Shown here: positions 1 through 9,480 of the stretch, in pieces
Layout: the number at the start of each line of letters is the position of its first letter
Numbering within the stretch: position 1 is the stretch's first letter
Assembly (NCBI GenBank): GCA_905178155.1
Contig: CAJINV010000077.1
Coordinates: 1-11,170, forward strand
Origin: Amoebophrya sp. A120
Taxonomy: Eukaryota > Protista > Dinoflagellata
DNA length: 11,170 bases
Direction: 5' to 3'
Translations under genes and position numbers: made by a program
The notes under the pieces: model-generated
What the model saw: the letters and a program-made list of their open reading frames with translations, nothing else
Told to the model about the DNA's origin: nothing
Databases searched by the model: none

Positions 1-30
1 TTTTTTTTATACAAATTACTGACAAAAGGG

Positions 31-190
31 CTATAAAAGTTCCAAAAACGACATAGAAGGATGGCTTTGGCTGCTGCTGTTCCTGTCGTCCTCAGTACTT
101 CGTTCTTCCTCTTGCTTTCGTTTAGCATGCGCCCGCTGGATTTGAACTCGCTGGGTTGCTCTTGGCAGTTGGAGAAACAACTCCCAGGTC
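31..190 (-). CDS. Possible terminal exon (TWELFLQLPRATQRVQIQRAHAKRKQEEERSTEDDRNSSSQSHPSMSFLELL*)
   Basis: GC-richer block after an AT-rich stretch ending in AATAAG|G; protein-like charged translation ending at TAG. Frame and partner exon unresolved. Confidence 0.35.
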
Positions 191-636
191 CTTATTCAAA
201 TGAAATAGAAATTATATACAATTCTGCGAAACGTTTTTGTCGGAAGTGCAAGTGGAAATAAATCCCGGAGAAAAACAACTAAGAACTTCAGCCCCGGGGC
301 AAGGACATGTACGTGAAATATCGCGGCACAAATTCTTGAAGGGCGATCACTATGAACACTGATAGTCACTTCTCCTTGTACTTGTCTCCGTTGCAAGTGC
401 AGATTTTGATTGATCACAGTGTGCCTCGAATCACAGACACGTGACGATCTAGATTTTCGCTGCCTGTTAGCACTCATTTGAATTTCTCGCGCAAATTCTC
501 ATGCGATTATCGGTGCAAGCGCGCCCTGGGTTGGAACTATGCCCTGCTTAGTGGCGCTCCTTATGGTTAGAGAAATTGAAGGAAGAGCTCGAAGTTCGAA
601 CGAAGCTCCGGTCGCCTTATTGTTATTTTGACATAC

Positions 637-777
637 AGGTCGTCGAGCACACTTTCTTATGGATGATACCACTCCAGAAGCAAGATCCTGCTTCCTCTGT
701 TCCTCTTCCGAGCAGCGGCCACCGAGTGGGAATAGTACTAGAAGGAACGAAAGGAGTCTTTTCACCAGAATCAACAT
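637..777 (-). CDS. Possible first exon of a small secreted-protein gene (MLILVKRLLSFLLVLFPLGGRCSEEEQRKQDLASGVVSSIRKCARRP)
   Basis: ATG at 777, signal-peptide-like N-terminus, strong donor CCT|GTATGT at 636. Downstream exons (~460-310, ~190-31) could not be joined unambiguously. Confidence 0.4.
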
Positions 778-1064
778 TATTCGTGTCGGGCGGGAATCGC
801 CGCAGAAGAAAACTTTTACTGTGTGTGGTAAGTTCGTTGTAAGCAATATAAAGGAAGCGCTATGCCTATGGTCGCAATCACATCATCAATATCCGCGTAA
901 GTCAAATTTGAATTTCATTGTCGCCTTACTGTATACATTGTGAGCCGGCTCGTGCGTATAGAAAAAAAAGTATGACATACTTGATAGATACCTCCCCTGT
1001 TGGAGGTGAAAGTAACGAGTCGCTCTCGCTTTCGCGGAATGTGGCCCATGGTACTCTGCAGACT

Positions 1065-2769
1065 TTATTCGTCTCTTCGATTTTCTTCGGCTGCTTGCCT
1101 TTCTTCGAGTAGTTTCATCCTTTCTTCGGCTGCTCGCCTCTCCTCGAGTTGTAGTTTCCTTTCTTCGGCTGCTCGCCCCTCCTCGAACTCCTTCCTCGAT
1201 TCGAATACTTTTTTTTGCGGACTTGGACTCGTAGTCGTTAGCAAAGGAGCCGCTGCTTTTTCCCGTTCAGCGGTAGGGGGTGGAGGTGGTGCGTCAGGAG
1301 CCAACTGCACCCCCGGCACGCTGCCGTCCTTTCCTTTGCCGCCTTGGGCCTCAACCGGTACGAAGAGCTTCGACTGTTTAAATGAATCAATTAGGAGTAG
1401 ATAACGTTTCAATAATTTAAATTGAGTAGCACGCACGCAACAGCAACACCCCCTCAACATCACGAAATACATTATAGCATCCGCAGCGCTGCAAGAATTA
1501 AAATCACGTACCAGCCTTAGGCGGTGGGCTCTGGTCAACTTCCGGCGTTCACTGAGAAATTTGAAGGACATCCGGTCGAAATACCCAACTGCGGTCCAGA
1601 ATTCCGCCACGCTCTTACCGTAGTACATGCGTGCTACCGCCTCTTTCTCCACGTCGGCGCGTGCCTTAGTGATGACCTCACCCAGGTGCTGCACGCTGTG
1701 GTGGGTCACGCCCGTCTCGCGAAAATGCCGACACAGCTCCAGGACCTCACCTTCGTTGATCTCCTGGAGAACGTCTATGATCTGTTAGTGATAGTATGTG
1801 GAAATTCACCATGAAATCAGGAGACACAAAAAAGCAAGAAACGGCTGCCGTGCTGAAATCGAATTATAAATGGAGTTCTTTTTCTTCTAAAAATCCGATT
1901 TACATTTTTGTATGCACGACAATAAATTCGCTGTACTACTGCACTTCTGCCTATTCCAGTATGAAAGCAATACTAGTACGATCTCAGAGTCCGCGATTTG
2001 TGGTTTCTTGATCAGGGGCAGTAAAGGTACGAGACCGGACAAAGCGTCTGCGAGCATCGTGTCGAAGCTGGCAGAGAGCTCGCTGATGTCCGCATCTTTT
2101 TGGTATCGCTCCTGTGCGGCCTGGATCTCTTCCGGCGCCACACCCGACTCCTGCAGCACCGCCATCTGAATGGCCTCCAGCTTCTCCATAGCGCCGCTCT
2201 GCTGTACGAGCTGCTGCTTCAGCTGCTCTTCCGGAAACTGTGAACAATGGCGATAGATGTGCATGAAGTACAAACAACGTAAAAATGAAAATCACTCTGT
2301 CGGGAGAATTAACATCTTCTCAAGACTTTCATTCATTCTACTCCGCCTATTTATACATAGTACCGATGTCTTTGCAAAGCAAAAGCAAAAGGTTGACAAA
2401 ATTGCAAGAGAAGTTACTTAAGTACCAGTACAACTATCGATCTACGACGTTGTCCATGATGAACAAATAGTAGCACCACATTTATTTTACCGACATGTTT
2501 TTCGCCTCCAAATTTTCGCGGACGGAAAAGCTCATCTCGCTGAACTCCCGGCACTTTTCGTGGAACGCCGCTGCGAGTTTCTGCAAAATTTCCTTCGTCC
2601 TGTCCTTGGAAAGGGCTTGGCTGCTTGAGGAGCTAGTAGAGTTTTTTCTCCTGTAGTGCTCTACGGCGAGGTAGGTCCCTACCACCGTCGAGACCAAGGC
2701 GGTCACAGCCAGTGCTGTAGTACTGGAGCTGGCATCACGCCATCCCTTCGATCCGCTCGAACTCGCCAT
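1065..2769 (-). CDS. Four-exon gene (exons 2769-2491, 2237-1980, 1781-1512, 1373-1065), ~371 aa hypothetical protein: N-terminal TM anchor (ALAVTALVSTVVGTYLAV then EHYRRK), helical body, Pro-rich linker, E/R/K-rich tail
   Basis: Three ORF-track fragments join in frame through GT-AG introns: TCG|GTAAAA..TCACAG|TTT (NMS|FPEE), ATC|GTACTA..CTAACAG|ATC (SEI|IIDV), CTG|GTACGT..AAACAG|TCG (LRL|SKLF). Introns are AT-rich, exons GC-richer; stop TAA at 1067-1065. No family recognised. Confidence 0.85.
1082..1195 (-). repeat. Three tandem coding repeats (39, 39, 36 nt) encoding RKEFEEGRAAEE / RKLQLEERRAAEE / RMKLLEERQAAEE
   Basis: On the plus strand tttcttcggctgc begins at 1082, 1121 and 1160, with similar downstream sequence. 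Confidence 0.9.
1374..1511 (-). other. Canonical GT-AG intron, 138 nt, phase 0, free of in-frame stops
   Basis: Strong donor CTG|GTACGT at 1511; CCTAAT branch-like motif and TTTAAACAG acceptor at 1374; AT-rich. Its translation (VRDFNSCS...GCCCCV...) is unlike the flanking protein. Confidence 0.75.
1782..1979 (-). other. Canonical GT-AG intron, 198 nt, phase 0, with AGATC repeated at both junctions
   Basis: Donor ATC|GTACTA at 1979; CTAAC branch-like motif fused to the acceptor (CTAACAG) at 1782; in-frame join. The exact donor could shift (e.g. to 1973). Confidence 0.75.
2238..2490 (-). other. Canonical GT-AG intron, 253 nt, phase 0
   Basis: Donor G|GTAAAA at 2490, acceptor TTGTTCACAG at 2238; joins ORF 2482-2769 to ORF 1887-2273 in frame; AT-rich. 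Confidence 0.85.
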
Positions 2770-4342
2770 AGTACTTCTTTCTCAATCAAACTTGAGGATG
2801 AGGTCCCGTCTTCATACGAATTCTAGCACAAGATAATAGGGATACGGAAAATCAAAATTTAAATTCCGACTGTTTAGCAGTTTCAAGGAAAATTAAGTAT
2901 ATCAAAAGGGAAAAAACCCTGTTTTATCTCGCGGCATAAGACGCTACCTGCAACATATGATACAATGCCTCAAAGAGAGTTACAACATCAAACTCCAACA
3001 CTGCGGGAGACTGACTGGCACATCAACATCACAAACTTATATCATTGAGGATCCCAAAAAAAAAGCATCAGGCTTACCCGCTGATGCTCAGGTGGTCGGA
3101 CACTGATCGATAAAGACTAAGAACTAAGACTTAGACTATTGCCTTCAACAAAAAAAAAATCGCCTCCAAAAAATAATGGACAATCGACGGACTCCCTCTC
3201 GCATCACTTCTTCATCTTCTTTTTGTGCACCCAAAAAAAAAAAGTAGGTACAACTACAAAGAAAAAATGGAGATGGGAAATTGTGGTCCATTCAAAGATA
3301 GATCCTGAAGATCGTCGCACTGTCACACGGTTTCAAAAATCAAAAAGAAAGGATCGTGCAACGTGCGGATGCGTTGGATCTGTCGCATGCGCATCACTGG
3401 CATCGATACTTAACACTCGACGCGATTTCCTCCGCTGTCCTTTGTTTCGGACGGAGGCACATCTTTGTATGTCCCACGAAACCTGACATAAAAATATGAA
3501 TGAGAAGGAAAATATTGGTGGTGTTCAATGAATCTGTACAGACAAGGTGGTTTGCTAAATCTGCGAGCATGGTTTCCTAAATCTTTCATTTCCTGTTGAG
3601 ATTCGCATTCGAAATTCCGACCAGGCCCAGTCAACTGCCACTGAGCTTTATGAATACAGAAGCAGAAAATTGTTCACAGCATGCATGTGCATCTCGTTCA
3701 ATCCTTAGAGTTAGTAGTTAAGTAATACTGTACAGCAAATCAAAATATAACCAGGGAAGCTCAAGCTTTTAGCCTTTTCCAGATGACTACTGGTTTAGTA
3801 TGATTGATGTGTGTGATTGGAAGTAGGCCGTGAGTGCTGGCCCCAACGAACAGGCTAGCGCTAGAAGGAAGCACGTACGAGGTGGATGATGATGAACTAG
3901 GAGCTAAAATTAAAAAACAGATGAAACGATGCATGAATAAGAGTGAGTGAAGCTGCACCTGGACCTGCAGCACACACATGAAAATGATTAAACAAAAATC
4001 AATGTTGTGGCACTTGCTAATAAAACCATTGTTATGTTTGAAAACGATATTCCGCAGTAGAATCTATTGGTAGTTTGGCATTCTTTTATTCCTTGTTCAT
4101 TGATTTTGTATCATCAGTCGGGTGCTCCAGGAGACGAGCACGTGGCACTAAGGCATTTCTCACCCAGAGACGGCACATTTCTTAACTGGTACTGGTACGA
4201 AGCAATGAATAGTAAGGCTCGAAAACGACACTCATCATGAGGAGTAAGTATCTATGCCTCGTGTACGTGTTCATCATCTTCCTGTGTTTCTATTTACTTT
4301 TTGTTTCATGGAAATGATGATAATTAATTGTCTCGAAATTTT

Positions 4343-7300
4343 TCATTGCATCTCCGGCAACGGCGTGTAGATCTTCGGCGTGCTTGCTGCACCAGTACTA
4401 GCAGCGCCACGGTGGACGCGTTGGCGCGGGGGACCCGAGGACTGCGAGAAGAGATTCTTCATAACTTTCGCCTTGGCTTCCTGTAGCGAGCGGTGATCCA
4501 TCTCTGGCGAGGAGGCGGAGTTGTTGCCCCCGGTGCTGCGCAAGCGGCCCCGCACGCCGGCGAAGCTCTCGAACAACCCCCCGGACAGGTGCTCGATCTT
4601 CCGGGTGGCTGCCCCAGCCGTGGACGGCGATAGAGAATTCGCTTCGCTGCGGGTCGTCGGACTTTTGGTGTTTCTAGTTGTACCTCCGGGATGAAGTGGA
4701 GCTCCGCCGCCCGGGGTTCCGAACGAAGAAAGTTGCCGCTCTCCGCCGTCCCTTGATGCGGCCAGCAGTGGGTTTCTCTCGAACAACCCAGGTTCCTCGA
4801 GCTGTACCTCCCGGGCCGCGGCCTGCGCCAGTAGGTGATCGAGGCGACTCGCGGTCGCGGTGGTTGCCGTGGCGGGCGTGGGTGCCGATGAGAGTGCCGT
4901 CGCGGGATCGAACAACATGTCGCTGAAGCCGCTTTTGTTGGTGCGCTCTCCCTTAATATTTTCTGGCAAGTCACCTGACCGTCGCCAACTCACGTTGCTG
5001 CGTGCCCGGGGCGGCTCGTCACCGCGCCGCGGCTCGGCCAGCTGCGCCTGGTTGCTCCGGAATTGCGATCCTGTCGTGGACGACGAACAAGCGACATCGG
5101 GTTCGGCCCCCGCGAACAAACGAGAAGACGAGGCGTTGTCCTCTGTCGTGTCCGCTCGTGAAATAGTTTCGCCCCCCACGCTGAGATCTAATAGCTGCAC
5201 GGGCCCAGCACCATTTCGCTCGATCTCGACGTCAAGGTCAACATGAACAACCGCTGTCTTAATATTGTCCTCGCGTCCCCCCGGCACCAGCGGTGACTTT
5301 TTTTCTGCCCCCTCCGCCTCGGCGGACGAGACGACCAAACGCGGCACCTCCGGCGACGACCGGCCCGGTTGGTCTGGAGAACCAAGCCCCGCGTCTAGAG
5401 ACGGTCTCTTTACTCCCGGGGAATAAAATTCCTCGGAAATGATCTCAGCCGGTGGTTCCACTGGATCAAATTTTCTCGCCGCTCTGCTGCAGCTCTGGAC
5501 CAAGTCCTTTGCACGACTTTCATCTGGTGTAGCTGCATCTTGCAAAAGCTGTGCTCTCGCAACTTCTGGAACTACATTTTTATACGAGTCCACAATTACA
5601 TCGTCAACAGCAGCTACAGCAACGTAGTTGTTGGTTGTGGTAGTTTCATCATTTGCTTTGCCGATGGGTTCCTCCAGCGATGTTTCGCAGCTCGCGTGAA
5701 AATTTGTGTTTGGTGTGGCGCGTGTGAACTGCGTTAGCAATTTCAATGGTGCTGGTGGTCGCGTTCCCCGCACCTCCACCTGGTCGCCGTCAAGATGATC
5801 GGCTGTTTGATGTTTCTCTGCGTCTAACATGGTCCCTATCTGACTGACTCTCGTATCGTAGTCGATCAGAACCTTGTTGGCTGCAGCTGCAGTTCTACTC
5901 GACGCAGAGGCTACCTTTTCAGGCGACGTAGTCCTGCTTCTTGGTTGAAATACCTCATGATCTGGTGCTCTCGCCCAGGGCAGCTGCTGAACTGGAACTG
6001 CTGGCGTTCTTACTGTCACTGCTGCTTCTACATCGGCCTTGCTGGTCCTGGTTCGTGGAGGGGGTCCTCGTTCGGTGGAGGGGGTATAGCTAGCGGAAGA
6101 TGAAGACCCTGATCCCGGAAGCTGCGGTACAAGTATCCCGCCACCCATATTTTGCGCTGCGAGCGCGGCAAGCAACTGTTGCTGAGTGGCAAGCATCATC
6201 GCAATCCACTGCTGATTGTCGTGGCCCGCCGCTGCTCCTTCTGGCATAAACATGAAGTTCTGCTTACTCGGCGAGGCGGATGTTGCGGGGTTTGAAAAAG
6301 ATTCCCCCCTAGCTGCACCCTGGTAACCGAAAAGCCGCTGCGCGAAGGGGCTCGTACTCGCTCCCGGGCGTCCTCGGCCTGGTGGTGCTGCGGCGGTGCT
6401 GGGTGATGCAAAATATGGATTGGTTTCACCACGGGAGGACGCTGCCATTGTTCCTACTCCGCGGTGGTCCCCGCGCATTGGAATGCGGGTTGGTATCATC
6501 GCATCGGTGGCGAAAGGATGGGCCGTCGCCGCCGTGAGTGGTTGTAGAGAGGCGTTCATACCGAAGGGAAAAGCGACTTTGGTCGCCCCCCCGGGACCAA
6601 CGTGACTGGTGTTGTACGGGGCGGGTAAACTTTCCGCCGGCTTTGTCGGCCGTTTGCTGGGGCCAAACATATCGAACCCCCCGACCCCCCGTCCGGCCCC
6701 GAGCAAGCCCGGACTTCTGCCGTCTTGCCCGACTCGCTTGGCCGGAAAGTCCACTTGCGTCGGGCGCACCTCCGGCACCGGTTGCCCCTGCTGCCGCGGC
6801 GGGCTCGGAGTCTGTTGGTCACGACGGTAGCTCTTTTGTTGAGAAGGCAATCGCGGGACGGGTGGTTGTTCTTCGTCCAACGAGGTTTTTCTCGTTGGAG
6901 TGCTGGCCCCCGCTCTGTTATTTTTTGAGCTGGTCGCGCGTCCACTTCCCGGTGCGACTGCAAGCGCCGCGCTTGTCCGCACCTCGTGGTCGTCCCCCTG
7001 GGACATGTGGTGCAAAATCAGCTCGCCCCAAACCTCGCGCGCCTGGTCGTCGCTGCTCCATGGATACTTGGTAAGCCACGCGTCGTAGGACAGTGGAATA
7101 CCGTCACGCGGGTCGAGCCGGCGCTCCCCGAAGTGCTGTTGCTTTCGGTTTTCGTCCAGCGGACTCGTTTCGGGCGGAAGGTTTGTCAGCGGGTCGCGAA
7201 GGCCGCGGATGGCTTGCCCGGCCTCGTTGGGTTCTGGCTGGGAGAACCGGGAAACCAGCATGTGGAAGGCGGGAGCTTCGGTCGGTAAAGGGGGCGACCG

Positions 7301-9150
7301 CGACCGCGCATAGCTACCCTCGGTGTCATCGTGAGCTCTCGAGGTCCTCCGACTTGCGTCATTAGAAGACCGTGTGGCCGCGGCCGCTGGACCGGAAGGA
7401 CGAGTACCTGCCTGGTTGTCTCTGTTACGTTCGGCTGAGTCTGCGCTCGAGCCGCGCTCTTTCGTGAACGCGGCTTTATCCCGGGGTCCTTTACTGATAG
7501 TACCACGTCCCGTCGCAACCAACTCCGAGAGTGAACGCGGCTCCGAGTAATCTTGTTGCTCATCCGCGTCGTTGGCATTTCTTGGTTCTTTGCTCGTTCT
7601 GTTGAACTCACTTACTTCCCTGGCGTCCACTGTAGCACCCAGCTCCTTGTACTTTTTGACGCCGGCAGGTCGTGTTGCAGCACCACTAGCAGAAGCGCTT
7701 TTTTTGCTACCAGTCGTTCCGCGATCAGCGGCACTAGCTGTGCTGCTTCCGCGTCCCTGCGCGGCACTCACCCTGGCCTCCTGTTTGGTCGGGGGCACAA
7801 AGATGGTTTCCTCCTCCGTCGTGGGCGGGACGTCATCAGAATCCGGAAAGTCTGCGCCCGAGGGCTCTTTCCCAAGCACCGAGGCCTTTGAAGAAGACGG
7901 CGGCTTCCGACTCGGTGTCCGGCTTAGACCCAACTTCATGGATATGGCGAGCGCGCGCTCCGAGTCCGGCCCCTCTTCCGCTATCGCTTTACGCAAGTGG
8001 CCTTCGAGCGTGCGCTGTATCAGTGCGTCAATGTCTTCACTGACGGTCACGTTACTCTTGTTCCTCCCTGTACCTGAAGGAGCAGAAAATCTATCAGTCG
8101 AGTATCAGGATAAAGTAACATGATCTGCCGTTGATATTTTTACGATTACTGAAAAGTTTCAGTTTTCCTTTCGTTGTGTGCACGTAAAAACATTTAAGTA
8201 GTCTGTCTCCTAAGAACGACCTTGAACTTAGCTGTACATGCTTTGGACTGAATTTTTAGAAGAGGAAGACTAAACAACAAAGGTCTTCAACACAAGTACT
8301 TACCGCTCTTATCCAGGGGTCCTGACGTTCCGGATTTTAGCAAATCTCCTCGTGATCCGCCACTCGCCATATCTCCCTCGTCGTAGCCTTGAGAGGTGAT
8401 GTCGTCTTGTTTGGTTACCACCCGATAGCCCGAGACGTCCTGTCGGTCAACGACGTTGTTGTTCTCGTTGGCGTAGTTCTCAAAATCTTTTGCCGCTGCC
8501 TCGTGTTCCGCTACATCTAATTCGCCAGGTTCCACCGATTTCTGGTATGACAAGAAACGGGGCTGCTCACTGAGCAGTGTTCCGCCTTGCGTGAATAGCG
8601 GCCTTTCCGGCACTGCAACCGGCGGTCTCGCCTTGGCTTTTGCTCGGGTGAAAATGACCTGGCGCAGGCGGTCGGCGGCGCCCCTCGGGAAGTGCTGGCC
8701 GACGTCGGAGGCGGAGGTCGGGATGCGGTGATGCTGCCCACCGACCCGCTCGTACGCACTGGTTCCATCCGGGCGGCGCGAACCCTGGCGCTTCTTCCAG
8801 TGGTGCGCCGGTGCGATGCCGTCAAAGGTCTTGGCGGACCGGGGACACGAGTTCCACCCGGGTGCACCCAGGGGTCTCACCATCCCCCGGGAGTGGTGAT
8901 ACGCCATCTTGATGTTCTCCCCCTGGCGGGTCGTGAGACCACTAGATCTGCTTCCTCCACCGGGTTGTTTGCTGCTAGACGTGGAAAGTGCACCAGCGCC
9001 ACTCTTCATGGTATAATTCAGCGAGTTGTTCATCGTGTCGTCCAGCACAGGAGCTGCACCCTCCGCAGCACTGGATGTAGTAGTCTCCACCGCGGGTGCG
9101 GACTTGGGGCGCCGCGCGACCACTCCGACTGCGGCGTCTCTGCGTTGCAT
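4343..9150 (-). CDS. Large, mostly disordered S/A/P/G/R-rich hypothetical protein; exons 9150-8304 and 8073-4343 (1525 aa from Met 9150; 1550 aa if extended to ATG 9480 across the inverted-repeat element)
   Basis: The 1235-aa and 287-aa ORFs join in frame via a phase-1 GT-AG intron (DKS-G-TGRNKSNVTVSED). The GTG 'start' at 8050 is therefore internal. TGA at 4345-4343 is followed by AT-rich sequence. Confidence 0.85.
8074..8303 (-). other. Canonical GT-AG intron, 230 nt, phase 1
   Basis: Consensus donor G|GTAAGT at 8303; pyrimidine-rich acceptor TTTTCTGCTCCTTCAG|G at 8074; splicing preserves the frame. Confidence 0.9.
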
Positions 9151-9162
9151 GAGCTCGTCCTC

Positions 9163-9414
9163 TATGAAATGTAAAAATGTCTGGGTCTGGAAGAGTCATA
9201 CTGTTTTTGCATGACACAGAAGGTCTGGCATGGAAGCTCTAGCATCACAGGCTTCGAGAAGCTTCAGCAATGCCAAATCAACATGACAAATCCCCCATTT
9301 TGGTGACAGAAAGTGGGCAGCTTTTGCTACCTATGCATGAGAGATTTTTGTGTGTTGTGAAATGCGCATCACAAGTACGCATTCTTCCAGACCCAGACAT
9401 TTTTACAGTTGATA
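9163..9414. mobile_element. 252-nt non-autonomous TIR element / introner-like non-canonical intron
   Basis: Arms 9163-9194 (TATGAAATGTAAAAATGTCTGGGTCTGGAAGA) and 9383-9414 are reverse complements at 30/32 positions, the inner 25 nt perfect. Flanked by direct repeat CTC (9160-9162, 9415-9417). AT-richer than both flanks; no transposase ORF. Confidence 0.9.
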
Positions 9415-9480
9415 CTCCCTGGTCGGCCGAGAGTGCGGGGACTTCAGTGAGCTGCCGGTGTGGGCAGTGCTTATCATCAT
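9415..9480 (-). CDS. Candidate first exon of the large minus-strand protein (MMISTAHTGSSLKSPHSRPTRE)
   Basis: Removing element plus one CTC (255 nt) fuses this frame to DELMQRRDAAVG; tandem ATGs at 9480 and 9477; upstream in-frame TAA at 9576-9574; S/T/P/R-rich like the rest of the protein. It overlaps the plus-strand TM-coding region, so uncertain. Confidence 0.5.

Noticed and set aside
1082-1195. CRISPR-like repeat-spacer appearance
   Set aside because: Units are similar along their whole length, are multiples of 3 and encode a peptide repeat in a spliced eukaryotic gene.
3139-3979. ORFs 3139-3486, 3410-3634 and 3761-3979
   Set aside because: AT-rich intergenic or UTR-like sequence with homopolymer runs; translations are not protein-like and no consistent exon chain was found.
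4343-8050. Stop-codon reassignment as reported in one Amoebophrya lineage
   Set aside because: 1235 codons including many Gln and Trp contain no in-frame TAA, TAG or TGA, so the standard code fits.
4459-8123. Many short overlapping ORFs on both strands within the large gene
   Set aside because: Antisense or off-frame shadows of a GC-rich 1235-codon ORF; no independent support.
8692-9174. Plus-strand 160-aa ORF as upstream exon of the TM protein (GT 9171 to AG 9447)
   Set aside because: It is the antisense shadow of the well-supported minus-strand exon and would skip a stronger acceptor at 9408.
9165-9412. Alternative element boundaries 9168-9409 with TGA as target duplication
   Set aside because: The inverted repeat extends out to TAT/ATA, and a 245-nt excision leaves stops in the relevant frames on both strands; the CTC model fits better.
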